NCBI RefSeq assembly: GCF_000446015.1
Contig: NC_022093.1
Location: 450,001-482,000 of the forward strand
Reading direction: 5' to 3'
From: Thermofilum adornatum
GTDB lineage: Archaea > Thermoproteota > Thermoprotei > Thermofilales > Thermofilaceae
Length of the DNA: 32,000 nt
In this document: positions 25,021 to 32,000 of the stretch, in pieces
How positions within the stretch are numbered: position 1 is the stretch's first letter
Layout of the letters: each line of letters starts with the position of its first letter
Program-made: the position numbers and the translations under genes
The notes under the pieces: model-generated
Database searches by the model: none
What the model was told of the DNA's origin: nothing
Seen by the model: only the letters and a program-made list of their open reading frames with translations

Positions 25021-25899
25021 ATGGAGAACCGTCCGGGAATAGAACAAATTGAAGAGACTGCAAAGAAATACTATTTTCCCGACAAGGATTTTTCCATTGA
25101 AAAACGCCAAGTAGAAGAGCTTCTCGAGGAGTCAAAAAAGACGCTATCTCGGGAAACTATAGTCATAGATGCAGAGACGGGCAAGGTGCTCTTTGTGGGA
25201 GATACTCATGGGGACATTGAAAGTACAAAAAACGCGTTGCTGAAGGCGGTTGAATTATCGGTAGACAAAGTTGTATTCTTGGGGGACTACGTTGACAGGG
25301 GGCCCTACCAGTTGGGAAATATTCTCTTTCTGTTAGAAGTAAAAAACATGTATCCAGGGTGGGTCTATCTTCTCAGGGGCAACCACGAAACAAGGGTGAT
25401 GAATGAGGCGTATGGTTTCCTTAGAGCCGTGACTCGTATATATGGGCCAGGTTTGTACGACGTGTTTGAAGAATTGTTCTCGAACCTTAGTCTAGCATTT
25501 TTGTTGAACAAAAGAATACTTGCCGTACACGGGGGAATACCTATTCGACCTATATCTATCGAAGAAATTCGCGGAATTCCCAAGGGTCTAAAAGACCATG
25601 AGATTGAAGGGAACGATATAGTTCTCCAGATGCTCTGGAATGACCCGGACGAGTACATTGAGGACTATGCCGATAGCCCTAGGGGTCCAGGCATCTATCT
25701 CTTCGGCAAAAGAATTTTTGAAGAGTTTATGTCTAGAAACAGCCTAGATTTGCTTATAAGGGCTCATGAGCCGGTAGAAAATGGTGTCAAGTATTTGTTT
25801 GATGGGAGGCTGGCCTCAGTTTTTAGTTGCAGGTTTTACGGTATTTCGCCTGCGGCATTGCTACTGGATGGTAATAAGAGAGAAATTGTAACGCTCTAG
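25021..25899 (+). CDS. PPP-family serine/threonine protein phosphatase (PP1-arch type metallophosphoesterase)
   Basis: The signature motifs GDTHGD, GDYVDRG and LRGNHE are present. Confidence 0.85.
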   Translation: MENRPGIEQIEETAKKYYFPDKDFSIEKRQVEELLEESKKTLSRETIVIDAETGKVLFVGDTHGDIESTKNALLKAVELSVDKVVFLGDYVDRGPYQLGNILFLLEVKNMYPGWVYLLRGNHETRVMNEAYGFLRAVTRIYGPGLYDVFEELFSNLSLAFLLNKRILAVHGGIPIRPISIEEIRGIPKGLKDHEIEGNDIVLQMLWNDPDEYIEDYADSPRGPGIYLFGKRIFEEFMSRNSLDLLIRAHEPVENGVKYLFDGRLASVFSCRFYGISPAALLLDGNKREIVTL

Positions 25900-25907
25900 T
25901 TTTGCGT

Positions 25908-27830
25908 CTAGTATGTTACGCGTAGTTTGAACTCTGCCTTCTTTCCTATGTTCCAGTTTCTGACTGGCCTATAGTATCCGACTATCCTGCTCCAGTGGTC
26001 TACCTCGTTGCTGCCGCAGTGTGGACAGGTGTCTATGTATCCCGTCACGCTTTTTCCACATTTTCTGCAGACGGTTATTGTTGGGGTTATGCTGAAGTAG
26101 ACTACCTTCGTGTTTGTGGCTATCCTGTATATGAGGTTTCTAAGTGCCTTGGGGTCTGGCTGCTCGTGTAGGAATAGGTGCATCATTACTCCTCCCGTAA
26201 ATTCTTGCTGAACCTCGCCTTCCCATATTGCTCTCTGGTATATGGGGACATCAGCATAGTATGGCACGACGCTGTTGCTGTAGAAGTACGCGGTGCCATC
26301 CGTGGGTATGAGTATGTCGCCGTTTTGCAGCTCTTCCTTGAAGAGCTTCACGTCTGCCGAGGCGAGTTTGTAGCCTGTGCTCTCGCCTGGTATCTCTTCA
26401 ACGTTGTATAGGACGCCGTCTTTCTGTTCAAGCTCTTGTGCCCTCTCCCTTATGAGCGACACCATCTTTTTCTCGATGTCTATTGCCTCCTTCATGTCGC
26501 TTGTAGAGCCCTCGAACCACAGCTTGGGGTTTCTCATGAAGTTTGCAGAGGCTTCAGGTAAACCAATCACGCCGATAGTGTTGAAGTGGTGTTTAAAGTG
26601 CCCGAGGTAGGTCTTTGTAAGAGGCATCAATCCAGCCTTAAGAGATTTCTCATATCTCTTTCTAAGGGTGTTTAGCACGCTCCTGGCATTTTCCAGCAGA
26701 GAGTCCAACAGTTCCTCGAATCTAGGCCACTCTCCCCTGCTAAGTATCGCTAGCCTTGGCAAGTTAAGCGTAACAACGCCTATGCTCCCGGTGGCGTCTG
26801 GCAACGCCCATATACCGTAGGCTCTGGAGTTCTCTTTGGACTTCATGAATTTTTCAAACGCGTCCTCTTCGTCTGCATGGTCAAGCTTGAGCTTGAGCCC
26901 GTTGGACGCCCCATTCATTACGTGGCTTACGTCGATTGTGAGGCGGCAACACATCGCGTAGAGAGCTTCAACGTTGCTTGCATAGCCGTTGAGCAGGTAT
27001 GCGGAGCCCTTCCTAGACAACGTCTCGAAGAATACATCTGTGAAATCTCCCCATCTCCTGCCGTTCCAGTCGAAATTCTTGGTAAGCATCACTGTTGGAA
27101 TGGGGAAGGTGAAGGGTTGCCCAATTGCGTCCCCGTCCCTATAAAGCTCGAATAACATCCTGTCGGCTATTAGTGCCTCTTCCACGTAGTCTCCAAGGGT
27201 TCCCTTCTTTTGTCCCCCAATTATCGCCTCTCCTTCAAGCATGTCTTTGCTAGTATCCATCACTATCGTTATATTGGTGAATGGGCTTTGATAGCCGGCT
27301 CTAGCCGGATAGTTAAGCTCGAAAAGCATTCCCTGGAGTATCTGCTTTACCCTCTCTGGCGACAAGGCGTCTTTAGCTATGAATGGAGCAATGAATAGGT
27401 CGAAGGCGCTGACTGCCTGCGCGCCTGTCCACTCCTGGGCACCCATAAAGAAGAAGTTCGTTAGATGGGCAACGGCTGTGTCGAGGTGCTTAGCTGGAGA
27501 AGAAACAATCGTGGGAGTCTTAAGACCCATCTGTAGAACCTTCTTGTAGCTCCATCCGGCACAGTAGGGTATCCAGAGCGCGTCTGGAAGCTTGTGTATG
27601 TGCAGATCCCCCCTAAAGTGTTGCTCGACGGCTCCTGCAGGCAGGTACTCTGCAAGTACTTCTCTGCGTTTAACCATTTTCTCGAAGAGATAATTCCTAA
27701 AATTACTGTAACTAACATTATGATTAGCGTTTTCATTTTTCTCCCAATCTAAATCCGAAAGATACGATCTCTCAAACTCAACAATTTCTGGAACCTTTTT
27801 CTGGGCAACAGTTTCAACCATAGTGATCAC
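25908..27830 (-). CDS. nrdD: anaerobic ribonucleoside-triphosphate reductase (class III)
   Basis: The C-terminus carries a Zn site (CRKCG...CPHCG) followed by the glycyl-radical motif RIVGYYRPV. The track start is GTG, with an alternative ATG at 27821. Confidence 0.85.
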   Translation of the reverse strand: MITMVETVAQKKVPEIVEFERSYLSDLDWEKNENANHNVSYSNFRNYLFEKMVKRREVLAEYLPAGAVEQHFRGDLHIHKLPDALWIPYCAGWSYKKVLQMGLKTPTIVSSPAKHLDTAVAHLTNFFFMGAQEWTGAQAVSAFDLFIAPFIAKDALSPERVKQILQGMLFELNYPARAGYQSPFTNITIVMDTSKDMLEGEAIIGGQKKGTLGDYVEEALIADRMLFELYRDGDAIGQPFTFPIPTVMLTKNFDWNGRRWGDFTDVFFETLSRKGSAYLLNGYASNVEALYAMCCRLTIDVSHVMNGASNGLKLKLDHADEEDAFEKFMKSKENSRAYGIWALPDATGSIGVVTLNLPRLAILSRGEWPRFEELLDSLLENARSVLNTLRKRYEKSLKAGLMPLTKTYLGHFKHHFNTIGVIGLPEASANFMRNPKLWFEGSTSDMKEAIDIEKKMVSLIRERAQELEQKDGVLYNVEEIPGESTGYKLASADVKLFKEELQNGDILIPTDGTAYFYSNSVVPYYADVPIYQRAIWEGEVQQEFTGGVMMHLFLHEQPDPKALRNLIYRIATNTKVVYFSITPTITVCRKCGKSVTGYIDTCPHCGSNEVDHWSRIVGYYRPVRNWNIGKKAEFKLRVTY

Positions 27831-28111
27831 GTAGATGTGTATGTGCAGACAAGTTTTTCACTGTCTGGAAATATATGCAGGAAGAACTCATAATCGAAAA
27901 TGAATATCATAGTAAAAATGCTAAGACTAAATTTATTTTATGACTTTTTACAAAATTTCTCTATCAAGTATATCGAAAAATCTAGATAGTTTTTCGTTGC
28001 TTGTAGTAGATCAATTAAAGGCTAAGTGTTCATCTTTTGTAGTTTCTCCCATAGTAGGTCTTAACATTAATAATAAAAATATCTTCATTCCTATACATAC
28101 AATCGGTAAGT

Positions 28112-29608
28112 ATGACTGACCCGAATCTTGAGAAGTTTTTTAACCCCGAGAGCATTGCTGTTATTGGGGCTTCCCGGGAAGAAGAAAAGCCCGGCCACGT
28201 CATCTTTAAGATTCTGCTTGAAAACAGGAAGAGGGGCCTCTTAAAGGCAAGGGTTTACGGGGTGAACCCTAAGGCAGACTATATTTTAGGAGAAAAAATC
28301 TATCCCAGCGTCTCCGCGATACCTGACAACGTTGATCTTGCAGTTATCGTGGTTCCAGCTAACCTCGTAGAGAGCGCGATGGAGGACCTAGGAAAGAAGG
28401 GCGTGAGGGCCGCAATAGTGATCACTGCCGGCTTTAGTGAGATTGGCAACGTAGAATTAGAGAGGAGAGTTGTTGATAAAGCCAAAAAGTTTGGAATCAG
28501 AATTATGGGTCCAAACTGTGTCGGAGTGTTCTCTGCGTGGAGCGGTGTTGACACTATATTTCTGCCGTACACCAAGGTTCTTGGTGACGGTAGAGAAGTT
28601 TTGAGTGCACCAAGACCCGAGAAAGGTTACGTAGCATTAATTTCGCAGAGCGGCGCTGTAGGCACAGCGGCCCTTGACTACATGTCTGGAGAGGGTATAG
28701 GGCTTTCACACTTCATCAGTGTTGGCAACAAGGCCGATGTCGACGAGGTCGAGCTGATCGAGTTTTTGAAGAACGATCCACGGACAAGAGTTATACTGCT
28801 GTATGTTGAAAACATAAAGGAGGGCAGGAAATTTATAGATATAGTTAGCGAGGTCACAAAGGAAAAACCGGTAATAGCCCTGAAGGCTGGCCGAACAGCG
28901 GCAGGAAAACGCGCAGCCGCTTCACACACAGCGGCTATCGCTGGCGTAGACGAAATCTATGATGCGGCGTTCAGGAGGGCTGGCGTTATAAGGGCAAACG
29001 ACATCGAGGAACTGTTTGACTTGGCAAAGGCATTTGTCAAGCAGCCTCCCGCCAGGGGAAACAGGATTGGAATAATCACCGATGGGGGCGGCGCAGGGGT
29101 CATGGCTACGGACATGGCCGAGATGCTTGGCTTGAGGGTTCCCGAGCTCAAGGGCGAGGCTCGGGAAAAGCTGGAAGAGCTGAAGGATAAAGGTTTTCTA
29201 CCCAAATATTCACAGCTGTCAAACCCAGTTGACTTAACAGGCTCTGCTACCAGTGAAATGTTTGTAGAGTCCACCAGGATACTTCTCGAATCAGACGAGG
29301 TCGACGCTGTCGTTATTTTGGCTCTGCACCAGGTGCCCGGCATCCCTGACCCAGTAGCCCTCGCACGTGAAATCGCAGGCATTGCCAAGAACTACGATAA
29401 ACCTGTCGTCGCTGTAGACACTGGGTGGAGCGAGACAGCCATACTGGAAAGAAGGGAATTCGACATAAATGGTATACCAGCGTATCCTACTCCCGAGAGA
29501 GCTGTAAAGTCCCTTGCAGGTCTGATTAGGTACGGTGAGTACCTTTCTCGCAAGGGGGTGCTTGATAGATACGTTGAGGGGATCCTAAGGCTAAGGGCTA
29601 GAGATTAA
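28112..29608 (+). CDS. acdA: acetate--CoA ligase (ADP-forming), alpha subunit
   Basis: It has a CoA-binding N-terminus (SIAVIGASREEEKPG) and succinyl-CoA-synthetase-like domains (ISQSGAVG, AASHTAAIAG). The 498-aa length fits archaeal ACD alpha. Confidence 0.8.
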   Translation: MTDPNLEKFFNPESIAVIGASREEEKPGHVIFKILLENRKRGLLKARVYGVNPKADYILGEKIYPSVSAIPDNVDLAVIVVPANLVESAMEDLGKKGVRAAIVITAGFSEIGNVELERRVVDKAKKFGIRIMGPNCVGVFSAWSGVDTIFLPYTKVLGDGREVLSAPRPEKGYVALISQSGAVGTAALDYMSGEGIGLSHFISVGNKADVDEVELIEFLKNDPRTRVILLYVENIKEGRKFIDIVSEVTKEKPVIALKAGRTAAGKRAAASHTAAIAGVDEIYDAAFRRAGVIRANDIEELFDLAKAFVKQPPARGNRIGIITDGGGAGVMATDMAEMLGLRVPELKGEAREKLEELKDKGFLPKYSQLSNPVDLTGSATSEMFVESTRILLESDEVDAVVILALHQVPGIPDPVALAREIAGIAKNYDKPVVAVDTGWSETAILERREFDINGIPAYPTPERAVKSLAGLIRYGEYLSRKGVLDRYVEGILRLRARD

Positions 29609-29679
29609 GGTTCTTCTCTTTATGTATATCTTTTTATATATATATAATGAGGTATTTGTTAATAGTAAATATTGAAAAA

Positions 29680-29687
29680 TTTATATT
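29680..29687 (+). promoter_or_regulatory. TATA box (TTTATATT) with purine-rich BRE-like GAAAAA, upstream of atpI
   Basis: Its centre lies about 32 nt upstream of the proposed TTG start at 29716. A second (TA)n run lies at 29635-29648. Confidence 0.35.
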
Positions 29688-29715
29688 GGTTTAGCCAACT
29701 GTTATATGAGGAAAA

Positions 29716-32000
29716 TTGTCGCTACCAGAAAAAGTTGCAAGGTTTAGGGCAGCGGCTCCAGCTGAGCAAGAAGTAGCATTGCTAAATGCAATTATAAGTG
29801 TTGGCAGTGTCCACTTGGAAAGCGAGCTTGGGTCTTTGAAGAGTGCTCTACCAGAGCTTCTTGTAGATGTCCTAGAAGGCAGAGTGAACTATGCTAACCT
29901 GAATGTTGACGAGGCCTTAGAGGTTGCAAGGAAGGTTCTCCGCCCAGAAGACCCGTTCCTGCTTAAGCTAGAGGACAAGGTAAAGGAATTGAGACAAGTA
30001 GAGTTTATAGAGAAAATTTTGGATAAGCTTGGTGGAATAGGGGTTTCGCCTGACAGCTTCGGCAAACAGCGTCTCGGCGTCATAACGGGCTTTATGCTGG
30101 TTAGAGATGAGAACGTGCACGATGCCATAAGTGAACTTGTAAATGCTGGGATAATTGTTAGACGTGCAAGAGTCTCACCCGAGCACCACATAGTCATCAT
30201 GATTTACAGCGTCAACAAGAGCCAAGAGGTAGATGCAGTAAAGAAAAAATACTCTTTAGGCATACAGTTACCGCAGTGGTTCTTTGAGCCCCTAGAAACG
30301 GCAAAGAGAAGGGCCGAGGAAGAAAAAACCAGGATCAAAAAAGAGATAATAGAGACGCTCGTAGAGATTGCTGGTGTCCTAAGAGACGCCTTTGAATTTG
30401 AAAGAGCCACTAGGATAGAAATTATCTCTAACACCTTGAAGGCAATAGAAAACGCTGAAAAGAACATCCAAGAACTAGAGAGACTCTTCACTGAACTCAT
30501 GGCTTTTAACATCGTGCACGGGATCTGTAGAAAGAGAATCACTGTTTTCGAAGAAATCGGCCTTAAAAAACCAGTATGTGAGCTTTTAAGAAACATACTC
30601 AATAACGAAAAGGTTACACGTCAACAGTTCAGGAGAGTGCTGGCTCATATCTTTTCCCAGGAGGAACTAGACGAAATCGAAAACGAATATACAAGGCTTC
30701 TCTCTCTACAAAGCCTGTATAAAGCCTTGGGGACACTAAAATTAGAAGAATTAGCCGAGAAAAGCGTTTACATTGTGGCATCAGGAGGACAAAGACTAGA
30801 AGAAGTAGAGCGCCCAGAATACATTGTGAGTTATGGGTACAAGACTATAAACAAGTTTGCTGACGAAGACATGCGTATCTACATCTTCTCAGTCCCGGAG
30901 GAAACCTCGTCAGCTTTAGTCAATTATTTGAAGGACAGACTGAGGGCACAAGTAATTGTTGTAACTAGAGACAGCCAAGCTTTTAACAATACTCAGGAAC
31001 AGCTTGCTAGAAGCCTAGAAACTGTAAAAAACAGTCTTTTGACAACTATAGTCTCAAGGAGCATCTTTAAAACAGGTACAAAGCCTGAAAGGATCCTCTC
31101 AATACTTAACAATGAGGAGCTGAAAAAAGCCTACAGCTACATATCCCAGCTTAAAAGTGGTGTTCCACAGAGGGGGCTACCAGAGGGAGACATATATTCA
31201 TATCTAAAGTCTCTAACAGGGCTCGCAGATGAGACTTCCGAGGAGATAAGCCATGTGCGCGAGGAAATAGAGTTTGTAAAAGAGGTTCCATGTGAAAACG
31301 TTACGGAGAGACTCAGAAACATTGAAAAATCCCTCGTAGATGTCTCGAGCAAGCTTGTCGAGCTACTTTCATACAAATCCGTCGTTGAAACAATGTTTAG
31401 GGCACAGCCACTCTTGAGTGAGATCAGGGTCTTCAGAAGCAGGAGAATCACGGTCATAGAGGGGTATGTCCCAGTAAAATATGTCCCACTGCTAGAACAA
31501 ACACTAAAAAGCAAGGTGCCGAGACTCTTGTACTTTAAGTACTTCGAAATCCCGAGGACAGCCACTGCTCCTACCTATGTCGAAAGAAAAGGCTTGAAGA
31601 AATACTTGTACACGCTTACGTCGATGAGGGGTACACCAGCCTACTGGGAGTTAGACCCAACACTCATCTTTACAGGGCTATTCATAGTCATGTATGGAAT
31701 GATGTTCGGCGATATTGGACACGGACTAGTACTCTCGCTGTTCGGAGCATTCATGTGGAAAACGAAATACAGGCTGTTGGGAATAACAAGGGAGGGAGCA
31801 GCCACACTAGGGGTTCTCTCACTGCTAGCAGGACTTGCGAGCATGATTTTCGGCTACATATACGGAACCATGTTTTTCTTGGTGCCGCTCGGCAAACCCA
31901 TTATTGCGCCTATACATGACGTTTACGGCATAATAGCTGTAGCTCTATGGTTCGGAGTTGCACAGCTAATACTGGCATTCATACTGAACATGGTAAACCT
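29716..32000 (+). CDS. atpI: A/V-type ATP synthase subunit I (a-subunit), 5' part; the ORF runs off the window end
   Basis: This ORF is not in the supplied track because it has no stop in the window. The frame containing 29710-32000 is open for about 2.29 kb. The N-terminus SLPEKVARFRAAAP..LLNAIISVGSVHLE is typical of subunit I. The motifs TPAYWELDPT and MYGMMFGDIGHG at residues 640-670 or so mark the start of the membrane domain. The proposed start codon is TTG. Confidence 0.8.
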   Translation, partial: MSLPEKVARFRAAAPAEQEVALLNAIISVGSVHLESELGSLKSALPELLVDVLEGRVNYANLNVDEALEVARKVLRPEDPFLLKLEDKVKELRQVEFIEKILDKLGGIGVSPDSFGKQRLGVITGFMLVRDENVHDAISELVNAGIIVRRARVSPEHHIVIMIYSVNKSQEVDAVKKKYSLGIQLPQWFFEPLETAKRRAEEEKTRIKKEIIETLVEIAGVLRDAFEFERATRIEIISNTLKAIENAEKNIQELERLFTELMAFNIVHGICRKRITVFEEIGLKKPVCELLRNILNNEKVTRQQFRRVLAHIFSQEELDEIENEYTRLLSLQSLYKALGTLKLEELAEKSVYIVASGGQRLEEVERPEYIVSYGYKTINKFADEDMRIYIFSVPEETSSALVNYLKDRLRAQVIVVTRDSQAFNNTQEQLARSLETVKNSLLTTIVSRSIFKTGTKPERILSILNNEELKKAYSYISQLKSGVPQRGLPEGDIYSYLKSLTGLADETSEEISHVREEIEFVKEVPCENVTERLRNIEKSLVDVSSKLVELLSYKSVVETMFRAQPLLSEIRVFRSRRITVIEGYVPVKYVPLLEQTLKSKVPRLLYFKYFEIPRTATAPTYVERKGLKKYLYTLTSMRGTPAYWELDPTLIFTGLFIVMYGMMFGDIGHGLVLSLFGAFMWKTKYRLLGITREGAATLGVLSLLAGLASMIFGYIYGTMFFLVPLGKPIIAPIHDVYGIIAVALWFGVAQLILAFILNMVN

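Overview
By gene content this looks like a chromosomal segment of a hyperthermophilic archaeon, probably crenarchaeal or Desulfurococcales-like; the taxon is inference. Supporting genes are a tRNA-splicing endonuclease, ribosomal protein L35Ae, A-type ATPase subunit I, a two-CxxC protein disulfide oxidoreductase, ADP-forming acetyl-CoA synthetase and class III ribonucleotide reductase. CRISPR repeats ending in ATTGAAAG, frequent GTG/TTG starts, and TATA boxes about 25-35 nt from start codons fit the same picture. About 29 protein genes are mostly housekeeping: moaB/C/D/E, prs, hypF, thiI, valS, rpiA, pyk, nrdD, acdA and peptidases. Two CRISPR arrays with different repeat families (6 and 14 repeats) sit among them with no cas gene in the window, each next to a 470-570 bp non-coding leader-like region. 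The items most worth a second look are listed here. (1) An 81-aa acidic protein has 12 cysteines in an exactly mirror-symmetric Cx3C ladder. (2) The disulfide oxidoreductase ends in a natural His8 tail. (3) An atpI ORF absent from the supplied track (it runs off the window) has a cytoplasmic N-terminal domain about twice the usual length. (4) A 1041-aa SF2 helicase has a roughly 550-aa unassigned C-terminal half. (5) Two candidate C/D box sRNAs lie in intergenic DNA. I found no clear multi-gene defence or other new system. All family assignments rest on motif recognition by eye, with no database search.
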